From Chlamydiota bacterium (GTDB lineage: Bacteria > Chlamydiota > Chlamydiia > Chlamydiales > VGMA01), in contig VGMA01000001.1 in NCBI GenBank assembly GCA_016866575.1, positions 1 through 48,366 on the forward strand: a stretch of 48,366 nucleotides of DNA. The letters run 5' to 3'. This document shows, one piece after another, positions 17,091-26,147 of this stretch. The translations under genes were made by a program, and so were the position numbers. Below the pieces are notes generated by a model. The model was not told where the DNA came from. It searched no databases and worked only from the letters and a program-made list of their open reading frames with translations. Position 1 is the stretch's first letter. The number at the start of each line of letters is the position of its first letter.

Positions 17091-17978
17091 TTAACGCCAT
17101 GTTTTTGCGATAATAAGGATCTCATTTGCTACCATAGTAGAGGCCTCAGGGCATTTTGCAATAGCGTAAAAGCGATCTCGATCTTCATCTTTAGATAGCC
17201 CCTCGCAAGCGCAAACGAGGTAGGAAGCAAGGTTTTCTTTTTTGAGTATGTTTTTATCTTCAAGCTTGCAAAGAGCTACTTTGCCTATTTCTTCATCAGG
17301 AGGAAAGCTCGCTAAAAGCATGGCAGCAATTTCTGTATCTTTAGTGATCATATTGCCAGTGATGATTTTTAAGATGAAATCCTTCGCTTTTTTGCCAAAT
17401 TTGATTAACGCGGTGATCATCGCTTCATCAGTATAGAAGTTATCATAGCTAAGAGCTTCAAAGAGATGGGGTATGCATTTTGGATTTTGGATTTTTGCTA
17501 AGCAGTCAGCTGCAAAGATCGGAGCCCTTCCATAGCCTGGATTGATTGGATCGTAAAAAGTAGGAGCAGAAATCAAGTGGATTAAGGGATCAACGGCAGC
17601 TTCTTTTTGTGCTGAAACAGCTTCGATCTCTTTTTCTGCTAGCTCATCTTCGCATAAGATCAAATCACTTAGCAAAGTAGATACAACAGATTTTGAAGGA
17701 TCTTCGTACACTTCTCTTAATTGTACATAAAGATCTATCGATCTCATTACCGCTTCTTTAGCAGCTTCAGGCAGACACTCTTCAGATAGGTTTTGCCCAA
17801 GATGCTTTTCTAATGACATGAGATATTCGATACGGCTGATTTCAAAATCAGGCATCACACCAACGCCATCTTGGTGGTAGTAGTCAAGCATGACATTAAA
17901 GCTTTTGCCGAAATGGGCATCTTTATGCATCAAAATTTCTAAATCGATAGCATCTAGTAGAGGAATGGGAGTTGTCAT
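17091..17978 (-). CDS. Hypothetical protein with HEAT/PBS-lyase-like repeats.
   Basis: Helical throughout; the segment AADCLAKIQNPKCIPHLFEALSYDN resembles a HEAT-like repeat. Its start overlaps the lipA stop by 4 nt. Confidence 0.55.
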   Translation of the reverse strand: MTTPIPLLDAIDLEILMHKDAHFGKSFNVMLDYYHQDGVGVMPDFEISRIEYLMSLEKHLGQNLSEECLPEAAKEAVMRSIDLYVQLREVYEDPSKSVVSTLLSDLILCEDELAEKEIEAVSAQKEAAVDPLIHLISAPTFYDPINPGYGRAPIFAADCLAKIQNPKCIPHLFEALSYDNFYTDEAMITALIKFGKKAKDFILKIITGNMITKDTEIAAMLLASFPPDEEIGKVALCKLEDKNILKKENLASYLVCACEGLSKDEDRDRFYAIAKCPEASTMVANEILIIAKTWR

Positions 17979-18877
17979 GTAGTTACCTTTGAGTGTACTT
18001 CAAATGCGTTGTATGAGGAGCGGACAAATGGTCCTGAGTATGTATACAAAAATCCTAGCTCTTTGCCATAGTTTTCAAATCGTAAAAATGTTTCAGGATC
18101 GACAAAGTTTTGCACAGTTGCTTTTCGTTTTGAAGGCTGAAGATAGTGGCCGATCGTAACGATATCGCAACCTGCTATTTTAAGGTCTCTCATCGTTTCA
18201 TAAACTTCTTCTTCACTTTCGCCAAGCCCTACCATGATCCCTGATTTGATTAGGGAGTTCTTGGCCCTTTTTTTCGCTTCGCTGAGGATAAATAGTGTTT
18301 TTTCGTAAGTAGCTTTGTGACGAATTTTGGGTGTAAGCCTTTTTACGGTTTCAATATTGTGATTGAAAATTTCAGGTGATTCGTTAAGTACAGTATCAAG
18401 GGCTTCTAAATTGCCGTTGAAATCGGAAGTGAGCACTTCAATTGTAGATGTAGGGTTTTCTTGCCTAACTGCTTTGATGATTTCTTTTATGTGGTTGCTT
18501 CCTTGATCTTCTAAATCATCTCTTGCAACCATCGTGATGACCACATGGGATAGCCCAAGCTCTTTTGCAGATTTAGCGATTCTTATGGGCTCATCTTTTT
18601 CAGGGGCTAGGGGAGTTTTAGAAAAATCGATATCGCAAAAACGGCATGCTCTAGTACAGGCTTTACCTAGCGCTAGGAACGTAGCTGTTTTTTTGGCGTA
18701 GCATTCTGTTCTATTTGGGCATTTTGCTTCTTCACAAACAGTATTGAGTTTGTATTTTTCTAAAATCGATTCTGTTTTGAAGACTTCATTTCCTGATGGC
18801 AGCCTTCTGTGGAGCCACTTTGGAAATGAAGAGCGTTTTTCTTCTTTGTTATCTAAGATGACGTTGAGCTTGTTCAT
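17975..18877 (-). CDS. lipA: Lipoyl synthase. The ORF is open up to 18985, but the likely start is the MNKLN Met.
   Basis: Contains CEEAKCPNRTECY and the radical-SAM motif CTRACRFCDI. The ATG at 18877-18875 overlaps the lpdA TGA as ATGA. Confidence 0.9.
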   Translation of the reverse strand: MNKLNVILDNKEEKRSSFPKWLHRRLPSGNEVFKTESILEKYKLNTVCEEAKCPNRTECYAKKTATFLALGKACTRACRFCDIDFSKTPLAPEKDEPIRIAKSAKELGLSHVVITMVARDDLEDQGSNHIKEIIKAVRQENPTSTIEVLTSDFNGNLEALDTVLNESPEIFNHNIETVKRLTPKIRHKATYEKTLFILSEAKKRAKNSLIKSGIMVGLGESEEEVYETMRDLKIAGCDIVTIGHYLQPSKRKATVQNFVDPETFLRFENYGKELGFLYTYSGPFVRSSYNAFEVHSKVTT

Positions 18878-20277
18878 GCTTTTTTGGTTGGGGGAATGTG
18901 GATTGGATGCCCTTCTGCTACATGAGCTAGCTCCATCCAAGTTTCGGTAAGTGTTGGATGCGGATGGATCGTTTGACCGATGCACTCGATAGTAAGTTCA
19001 TTTTCAATCGCAACAGCCATCTCGCCGATCATGTTGCCAGCTTCATAGCCGATCAAAGTTGCGCCTAGGATCTTATGTGTTTTTTTATCGAAGAGGATTT
19101 CTGAAAACCCCTCTGTGTGCGATGAAGCAACCGCTTTTCCTAAAGCCATGTTAGGAAATTGAGAAGAAGCTACTTGGTAGCCTTGGTTTTTAGCCATTTC
19201 TTCGGTCAAGCCGACAGTAGCAATTTCAGGATCTGTAAAGATGACAGCAGGAACGGCGTTGTAATTTGGGCGTATTTTCTTCCCCGCAGCATTTTGGGCA
19301 GCAATAATCCCTTCGTAGGAAGCAACGTGGGCTAGCATCGCTCCGCCAATCACATCACCGATCGCAAAAATGTTATTCTGAGAAGTCTGCAGTTTATCAT
19401 CGACCAAGATAAACCCTTTTTCACTCATAAAGACTCCCGCTTTTTCAGGCGATAGACCTTCTGTGTAAGGGCTTCTGCCAACGCATACTAAAAGCATGTC
19501 AGCTTTTAGCTCTTTTTGATTGCTCAATTTAGCAACTACATCAGCGCCACTTGTGTCAACGCTTTCCATCTTTGTTTTCAAATAAAGATCAATTTTCCGT
19601 TTTTCAAACGACTTTTGCATAAATTTGCTAATCGTTGGACCTTGGTTAAAGACAAGCCCATCGAGAAATTCAACAATAGAGACTTTTACACCGAGCTCAG
19701 AAAATAAAGAAGCAAACTCACAACCAATATAGCCACCCCCAAGAACGATCAGATGGTTTGGCAATTTTGTGATTTCCAAAATAGAAGAAGAGTCGTGAAT
19801 TTTGTGTTTATCGATGGCAAAAGCAGGTATTTCAGTAGATTTAGAACCAGTAGCAATGATGCATTTATTGAATTCAATCAAGCTTGAAGTCTCACCTGTC
19901 ACTTTGATGGAATTTGAGGAGACAAAACTTGCATGGCCATAGACAACTTCAACTCCATGAGATGCAACTAGACCGCTTAGACCCTTCCATACTTTCGCTA
20001 CAACTTCATCTTTACGCTCTTTCATCATATGGTAGTCGATTTTAACGCCATCGACATGGATGCCGAATTCTTTTGCAGCCGTAATTAAAGAGTAGACATG
20101 CGCACTTGTGATGAGCGCTTTTGTCGGTATGCAACCTACATGTAAGCAAGTTCCGCCGAGTTTGTATTTTTCAATAATAACAGTTTTTTGCCCAAGCATT
20201 TGAGCTTTGATGGCCGCAACGTATCCGCCAGGCCCGCCGCCGATAACAGCTAAATCATACTTTTTGTTCATAACCAA
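18874..20277 (-). CDS. lpdA: Dihydrolipoyl dehydrogenase (E3).
   Basis: FAD motif is VIGGGPGGYVAAIKA, the redox disulfide is GGTCLHVGCIPTKAL, and the C-terminus carries HPHPTLTE. Confidence 0.92.
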   Translation of the reverse strand: MVMNKKYDLAVIGGGPGGYVAAIKAQMLGQKTVIIEKYKLGGTCLHVGCIPTKALITSAHVYSLITAAKEFGIHVDGVKIDYHMMKERKDEVVAKVWKGLSGLVASHGVEVVYGHASFVSSNSIKVTGETSSLIEFNKCIIATGSKSTEIPAFAIDKHKIHDSSSILEITKLPNHLIVLGGGYIGCEFASLFSELGVKVSIVEFLDGLVFNQGPTISKFMQKSFEKRKIDLYLKTKMESVDTSGADVVAKLSNQKELKADMLLVCVGRSPYTEGLSPEKAGVFMSEKGFILVDDKLQTSQNNIFAIGDVIGGAMLAHVASYEGIIAAQNAAGKKIRPNYNAVPAVIFTDPEIATVGLTEEMAKNQGYQVASSQFPNMALGKAVASSHTEGFSEILFDKKTHKILGATLIGYEAGNMIGEMAVAIENELTIECIGQTIHPHPTLTETWMELAHVAEGHPIHIPPTKKA

Positions 20278-20497
20278 AGAATAGCAATGAAGAGTTTAAT
20301 TGCATAGAGACTTTTCTTCTCAATAACTCTGATAAGAGATAGCAAAGAAAAACAAAAAAAATAAGAGAGCTTCTTCAAGAAGAGTTCAGTGAAATCAATA
20401 GATAGCGGTAGTGTTTGTCATTTTTTTCTCTCCCGAAGGATTAAAAAAATCTTGATTGATATAGAGGTTTTCGCTAGGAAAAGATTTTGGAGAAATA

Positions 20498-20983
20498 GTG
20501 TTTATGCCTTATGCTACGGACATGGATAAAAAAGAGAAGCTCAAACTATGCCCATACTGCGACGGACGCGTTGTTATTGAAGCGTGCGAGTGTCCATTTT
20601 GCGGTGAAGAATTCGGCGAAGGATTGACGCAAGAAAGGCCTAGATCGCGCCGATTGGATGAAAGTTTAGTTTCCTCTTATGAGCCTCCATATGTAGCTAA
20701 ATCTAGAACAAAAGCGGGTGTGCCGAATCAAACGCCTCGAAGAGAAGAGCCTGTAAAGCTCGTTGAAGAGGAAAAAGAGGATACCCAAGAGTCTAAAAAA
20801 AGTTTCATTTCTTTGCTTTTACTTTCCGTTGGGGCCAATCTTTTTACCCTTGGCTGGCTTTTGTTTTTCTTTTCAGAAAGAGGAAAATTGACACTTGAAT
20901 GGAAAAGTCGCTACTGGCCAGTTTATGTCTTATGCTCTTTAGCACCTCTTTACTACGGATTTCGTTCTTTAAAAAATAAATAG
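20498..20983 (+). CDS. Zinc-ribbon membrane protein (hypothetical).
   Basis: N-terminal CPYCDGRVVIEACECPFCGEEF has a CxxC...CxxC arrangement. A charged linker and two C-terminal TM segments follow (FISLLLLSVGANLFTLGWLLFFF and YWPVYVLCSLAPLYYGF). Confidence 0.6.
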   Translation: MFMPYATDMDKKEKLKLCPYCDGRVVIEACECPFCGEEFGEGLTQERPRSRRLDESLVSSYEPPYVAKSRTKAGVPNQTPRREEPVKLVEEEKEDTQESKKSFISLLLLSVGANLFTLGWLLFFFSERGKLTLEWKSRYWPVYVLCSLAPLYYGFRSLKNK

Positions 20984-21006
20984 ATGGATACTTTTGAAAA
21001 AAAGTA

Positions 21007-21037
21007 AAAGCCCCTGAAGAAATCAGAGGCTTTTTTC
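21007..21037. terminator. Bidirectional terminator-like hairpin between the convergent 20498-20983 gene and secA.
   Basis: Stem gcccctga (21010-21017) / tcagaggc (21023-21030) has one mismatch. An A-run precedes it and tttttt follows it. Confidence 0.55.
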
Positions 21038-21038
21038 T

Positions 21039-23942
21039 TTAGATTGTCGTTGGCTCTTCATCAAAAGCGATGAACGATTTTTCAGCTGCCATAATCTGCA
21101 AGCGAGAGATTGCATCTTGGATTCCAGGAGCTGTGGGCAGTGCTACCTCAAAGTGGAAAATGGCGTGGCAGATGTCTGTTTGTACACCTTTAGAGAAGGT
21201 GTCAAACAAAGCAAAAGCTTCATGCTTGAATTCCAAAAGAGGATCTTTTTGCGCAAGCGTTCTCATTCCTACTTCGGTTCGTAGATGATCAATTGCAAGC
21301 AAGTGATCTTGCCAGTGGCGATCGATGCATTTGATCAAAATAGAGCGAAGAATATCTGCTACAACCATAGCAGGATCGACAAGCTTTCCTGAAAGCTGCT
21401 GGATGATTGCAATCGTTCTTGCTTCATGTGCAAGCTTACGCTTAAAGGCATCAATCACTTTTTTCGAAGCAAGTGTTTCGATCTCTTCTTGTGTTAAGCG
21501 TTCATTTTCAAAAAGCATCTTATCGATGGTCACAGGAAAATGCGTTTGGAGCATGGCTCTATAGCCTTCAGTATCCCATCCATTTTCTTCTGTTTTATCT
21601 GTAAAAAATCTAGAGCTCATGAAAGAGCAGAAGTTTTCTAAGATTTCAAAAATCATGTGATAGGGCTTGTCACTATGCAAAACTTCGTTACGGAATGCAT
21701 AGATTTCGCTACGCTGCTTGTTCATGACATCGTCATACTCAAGGGTATGTTTTCTAATGGAGTAGTTTCTTTGCTCTACCCGTTTTTGCGCTGTTTCAAT
21801 CGATCTATTCAATATTGGAGCGGTTAAAGGCTCTCCTTCTGGAGGGCGATATTTTTGAAGCATTGTCGTTAAACCGCTAGAGGCAAATAAGCGCATCAAG
21901 GAATCTTCAAAAGAAATGAAGAATTTTGATGACCCAGGATCTCCTTGGCGTGCGCATCGTCCTCTAAGCTGACGATCAATTCTTCTCGATTGGTGTCTTG
22001 TTGTGCCAATTACATGTAAACCGCCAAGACTTGCGACATCTTCTCCGAGCTTAATGTCTGTTCCTCTTCCGGCCATGTTCGTTGCAACAGTAATAGCCCC
22101 TTTTTGTCCAGCCATAGCAATAATTTCTGCTTCTTTAGCATGATTTTTTGCATTGAGGACAGTGTGAGGTAGTTTCGCTCCTTTAAGGATTCTTGAAAGC
22201 TTTTCTGACACATCCACAGATTCTGTTCCAAGAAGGATAGGACGCCCTTCTTTGTGTTTGTCTTCTACTTCCTTAAGGATCGCATTGTACTTTTCCCTTT
22301 CGGTCATGTAGACTTCATCGTTGGCATCTTTTCTTTGATTCTTGCGGTGTGTTGGAATCGAAAGAACTTGAAGCTTATAGATTTCCCTAAACTCTTGTGC
22401 TTCAGTTGTTGCAGTTCCTGTCATGCCGGCTAAGCGCTCGTAGAGACGGAAATAGTTTTGCAGCGTGATGCTTGCATATGTTTGCGTTTCTTGCTGAATC
22501 GAAACCCCTTCTTTTGCTTCAATCGCTTGATGAAGACCGTCAGAGAATCTTCGTCCAGGCTGAGGGCGGCCGGTATTTTCATCGATGATGACAATTTTGT
22601 CTTCTTCTACGATGTAATCGATATCTTTTTCCATCAAAAGGTGGGCTCTAAAAAGCTGGCGCACATTGTGCGTTCGCTCTTTGCGGCGACTATCTTCTTC
22701 GCGAAGAACCACTTTTTTATGGAGCTTTTCCTGCTCAGAAAGAGAGCTGTCTTGATCGATCTTTGCATACTCAAATCCAAGATCGAGCATCAAGAAATCT
22801 TCTTCTTTCCAAAGGTGAATCCCTTTGTCAGTAAGCTCATATTCACTAGAGCGCTCATCGATGATGATGTAGAGCTCGCCGAGCATTTCGATGCGCTCTT
22901 TTTTATTAGGCTCAGAATAAAAGTAGGTTTCCCATTTTTCTAGCTCATGTCTAAGATCTGGGTGTTCTCTTAACCTTTTAAGGATTTTGTTGTTTGGTGT
23001 GCTTTTTGAAACAAGCCACAGCCTTCTAAAAGCTTCATCTGCTTCTTGCTGCTCTTGTTTATTTAGCTTTGTCTTAACTTCGCTTTCCGACGTTAGCCCG
23101 AGTTTATCAAGCACCTTTTTCGCTTCAGTTGCCCATTTATTCGATAGTTCGCGCTGCTCTTTTACTAGCTGATTGACCGGATCGGAGAGCTCTTTATACA
23201 TCTGTTTAGATTTGACAGAAGGCCCTGATATGATTAAAGGCGTTCTGGCTTCGTCGATTAAAATCGAATCTACTTCATCGATAATGGCAAAATAGTAGCC
23301 TCTTTGAGCCTGATCTTTTTTTGATAAAGCCATGGAGTTGTCGCGCAGGTAATCAAATCCGAATTCTGATGATGTTCCATAGACAATATCTGCTGCGTAG
23401 ACCTGCTTTCTTTCTTCAGGAGGTGTCGCATTCGTCAAAGCAGCTGTAGTTAATCCTAAAAAGCGAAAAACTTCGCCGACCCATTGACAGTCTCTAGATG
23501 CAAGGTAGTCGTTTACAGTCACTAGATGGACAGGCTTACTTGTCAATGCATGCAGATAAAGAGCCATCGCTGCTGTCAGCGTTTTTCCTTCACCTGTTTC
23601 CATCTCTGCAATCGATCCATGGTGCATCGCGATAGCGCCTATGATTTGTACATCGTATGGAATCATATCCCACTTTTGATCGTATCCAGAAACATGTATA
23701 GAGCGTCCGCAAAGGCGGCGGCAGGCGTTTTTTACAACAGCATACGCTTCAATAAGAAGAGCGTCTGTCGTTTCTCCTTGAGCTAAACGTTTTTTGAAGT
23801 TTTCTGTTTCTTCTCGCAGTCTTTCAGTAGACCAGCTTTGCAGTTCAATTTCTCTTTGATTGATCGACTGAACTATGCGAGCATAAGCTTTGACCTGGCG
23901 CGATTGCGCTGTGCCGAATAATTTTTTTAGTATTCCAAACAT
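21039..23942 (-). CDS. secA: Preprotein translocase ATPase SecA.
   Basis: 967 aa. Walker A is MHHGSIAEMETGEGKTL, the DEAD-like motif is IIDEVDSILIDEARTPLIISG, and TNMAGRGTDIKLG is present. Confidence 0.97.
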   Translation of the reverse strand: MFGILKKLFGTAQSRQVKAYARIVQSINQREIELQSWSTERLREETENFKKRLAQGETTDALLIEAYAVVKNACRRLCGRSIHVSGYDQKWDMIPYDVQIIGAIAMHHGSIAEMETGEGKTLTAAMALYLHALTSKPVHLVTVNDYLASRDCQWVGEVFRFLGLTTAALTNATPPEERKQVYAADIVYGTSSEFGFDYLRDNSMALSKKDQAQRGYYFAIIDEVDSILIDEARTPLIISGPSVKSKQMYKELSDPVNQLVKEQRELSNKWATEAKKVLDKLGLTSESEVKTKLNKQEQQEADEAFRRLWLVSKSTPNNKILKRLREHPDLRHELEKWETYFYSEPNKKERIEMLGELYIIIDERSSEYELTDKGIHLWKEEDFLMLDLGFEYAKIDQDSSLSEQEKLHKKVVLREEDSRRKERTHNVRQLFRAHLLMEKDIDYIVEEDKIVIIDENTGRPQPGRRFSDGLHQAIEAKEGVSIQQETQTYASITLQNYFRLYERLAGMTGTATTEAQEFREIYKLQVLSIPTHRKNQRKDANDEVYMTEREKYNAILKEVEDKHKEGRPILLGTESVDVSEKLSRILKGAKLPHTVLNAKNHAKEAEIIAMAGQKGAITVATNMAGRGTDIKLGEDVASLGGLHVIGTTRHQSRRIDRQLRGRCARQGDPGSSKFFISFEDSLMRLFASSGLTTMLQKYRPPEGEPLTAPILNRSIETAQKRVEQRNYSIRKHTLEYDDVMNKQRSEIYAFRNEVLHSDKPYHMIFEILENFCSFMSSRFFTDKTEENGWDTEGYRAMLQTHFPVTIDKMLFENERLTQEEIETLASKKVIDAFKRKLAHEARTIAIIQQLSGKLVDPAMVVADILRSILIKCIDRHWQDHLLAIDHLRTEVGMRTLAQKDPLLEFKHEAFALFDTFSKGVQTDICHAIFHFEVALPTAPGIQDAISRLQIMAAEKSFIAFDEEPTTI

Positions 23943-24092
23943 AGTCCTCAGTATACTGTTAAGGGCAATTTTCCTGTAGGTTTAAATTAGAATTCTCGTA
24001 TACTCCGCCCTGTAAAGTAAATCTATTTTTATGTTTTTTATTTGTGTGGATTTAACATTTTAATTCGGTAAAAAAACAGGGGATTAAGGCTC

Positions 24093-24974
24093 ATGATAGA
24101 AGTCTTTGATCGGGAAAAACAGATCTTTTTCGAAGAAAAGGTTCTCGCTAGAAAAGGGCTTGAAGTGCTCTATGGCGATGGGTGGATCAGTAAGCTTTTT
24201 CATTTTCTCATCACTCGCTTCCCTCTTGCATCTTCTTTATGCGGCTTTATCATGGATAGACCGAAATCTCGAGAGAAAATCGAAAAATTTATTGAGGAAT
24301 TTTCTTTAGATGAAAAAGAGTTTTTGGTCCCTAAAGAGCATTTTGTCTCCTTTAATGACTTTTTTGCGCGAAGACTTCGATCAGAAGCAAGGCCTATCAG
24401 CTCAAATGCGTTGATTGCACCAGCAGATGGAAGATACCTTGCTTTCACAAATTATGAAGAAGAAGAGGGCATTTTCGTAAAAGGGAAGAAGTTTTCCTTA
24501 TACACGCTCTTAGGCAATAACCTCGAATTGGCTCAAAAATATGCTAAAGGGAGCTTTTTGATTGCACGCCTTTGCCCATCTGATTACCACCGCTTCCATT
24601 TTCCTTGCCAAGGTATACCGACTGAGGCTAAGTTGATTCAAGGATTTTATGGCTCTGTCAATCCTATTGCTTTGAAAAAAAATATTTCTATTATCACAGA
24701 AAATAAAAGAGCGCTTTTGACCATCGAGTCTGATTTTTTAAGTGATGTCCTTTTTGTAGCTGTAGGAGCTACAAACGTCGGCTCGATCCATATGACTTAC
24801 TTGCCTTACACTAGTTACGATAAAGGGGCTGAGCTCGGTTATTTTGCGTTTGGCGCCTCGATGTTGTTGCTGTTTTTCGAACCGGGAAAGGTCAATTTTG
24901 ATCCTCAAATTCTTGAAATGACGAAAAGAGGAATAGAAACTTACATACGTTTTGGCGAGTCGCTAACGGTGTAA
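24093..24974 (+). CDS. psd: Phosphatidylserine decarboxylase proenzyme.
   Basis: Contains PADGR, CPSDYHRFHFP and GSVNP. The C-terminal processing region is ELGYFAFGASMLLLFF. Confidence 0.85.
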   Translation: MIEVFDREKQIFFEEKVLARKGLEVLYGDGWISKLFHFLITRFPLASSLCGFIMDRPKSREKIEKFIEEFSLDEKEFLVPKEHFVSFNDFFARRLRSEARPISSNALIAPADGRYLAFTNYEEEEGIFVKGKKFSLYTLLGNNLELAQKYAKGSFLIARLCPSDYHRFHFPCQGIPTEAKLIQGFYGSVNPIALKKNISIITENKRALLTIESDFLSDVLFVAVGATNVGSIHMTYLPYTSYDKGAELGYFAFGASMLLLFFEPGKVNFDPQILEMTKRGIETYIRFGESLTV

Positions 24975-25103
24975 TGATAAAAAATTCAAAATCCCTTTTA
25001 TGAATAGCGGCAATACAAAAATTAAATCTATTAAATAATAAACTAATTGATAGGTTTTATTTTGAGTTGGAATTAAAATAGTTAGGCTTTTATAGTATTA
25101 GGC

Positions 25104-26147
25104 ATGATAACTAATTCTCATGCGACTTTAATAGCGCCTATTGCTCTTTTAGAGGATCTGGAAGAACCTAATTACAACTGCTGCGATATTCTTTGGCAGA
25201 TTGCCCTAAAAATATACGAATTTTTTCACACGCTTTTTTTCTGTTTGTGCTGTGATCTTCCTGATGAAGAGGGGGCTAAAGTTCGATGGAAGCTCCAAGA
25301 TAGCCAATTTAGCATCATTTCTCCAATAGCTTCTATTTCACCTCCAGGTAAAATTTGTACAGTAGAATCGCTAGAGGCTTCTAAAAGATATCTAGAAAAT
25401 CGGATGAAATCTAAAGAAGAGGTGAGTAAGGCATTGCTAGTAGGAGGGCTAAGAGCCTTATCCGCGCTAAAAATTGCTCCACATTTTGGAGATGAGCAAA
25501 TTGAAGCGCTCTACGGACGAAGTTATTCGCAAATCAAACATGCGCTACAAAGGCAATTCAATCATGCAGCGCTAAATCAAAGAAATTCAGTGCTTCAGGC
25601 GATTCGAGAGCAATTAAATAGCATAGGTGCAGCTGATAGCCAAAAAAATATAGAAGAATTTAGAGAATCTATTCATATCGGTGCTACGGGTTTACCTGAT
25701 TATTTAGTAGGTATCCATCAATATGCGAATTATTACAATCAGCACCAAAGAAATGCTGCATGGCTTCAAAACACTCATAGCACAACAGAAACAAATGCTG
25801 AAGCAGAATACACCCAAATGATCGATAAACATATTTCTTATAGCAAAAACATGGATGAAAGCTATAGAGAAAGACTTTCAGCGGTCTTTACGATCAATAG
25901 AGGGCGCTTTGCTCACTCTCACATGGTGGGGATGAGTTTAGATCAAAATGGGAACGTAGAAGAAGCGGCTTTTTTTGATTCAAATGCTCATGGACAATCT
26001 AATAAGGGCATATACCGCTTGTGGCGGCAAGAAGAGGGTGTTGATCCAAAGCAAGAGCTCATTAAACATCTCATAAAATTGACTATCCGTAGAGATCAAG
26101 TAACGACTTTTTCTTATGCTCCTATTGAGCTAAGGGGCGAATTTTAG
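25104..26147 (+). CDS. Hypothetical protein with a cysteine-protease-like His/Asp motif (clan CE / C58-like), catalytic status unclear.
   Basis: SHMVGMSLDQNGNVEEAAFFDSNAHG (H271/H273 and D292) resembles Ulp1 SHWALGIIDLKKKTIGYVDSLSNG. There is no Cys downstream of this motif. The N-terminal region has a CC pair at residues 26-27 at the start of a predicted helix, plus three more Cys at residues 47-50. Confidence 0.5.
   Translation: MITNSHATLIAPIALLEDLEEPNYNCCDILWQIALKIYEFFHTLFFCLCCDLPDEEGAKVRWKLQDSQFSIISPIASISPPGKICTVESLEASKRYLENRMKSKEEVSKALLVGGLRALSALKIAPHFGDEQIEALYGRSYSQIKHALQRQFNHAALNQRNSVLQAIREQLNSIGAADSQKNIEEFRESIHIGATGLPDYLVGIHQYANYYNQHQRNAAWLQNTHSTTETNAEAEYTQMIDKHISYSKNMDESYRERLSAVFTINRGRFAHSHMVGMSLDQNGNVEEAAFFDSNAHGQSNKGIYRLWRQEEGVDPKQELIKHLIKLTIRRDQVTTFSYAPIELRGEF

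Noticed and set aside
22458-22943. 161-aa ORF antisense to secA. Similar antisense or overlapping ORFs sit inside other genes, for example 10724-11077 in OPT, 34509-34892 in cyoB, 36046-36432 in cyoC, 2341-2598 and 3643-4074 in the cyclase, 4340-4546, 29111-29398 and 29477-29731 in ruvA/ruvC, and 30205-30460 in the RAP gene.
   Set aside because: All lie entirely within longer ORFs that carry strong family motifs on the other strand or in another frame. Their translations are low-complexity and motif-free, which is typical of shadow ORFs in AT-rich DNA.
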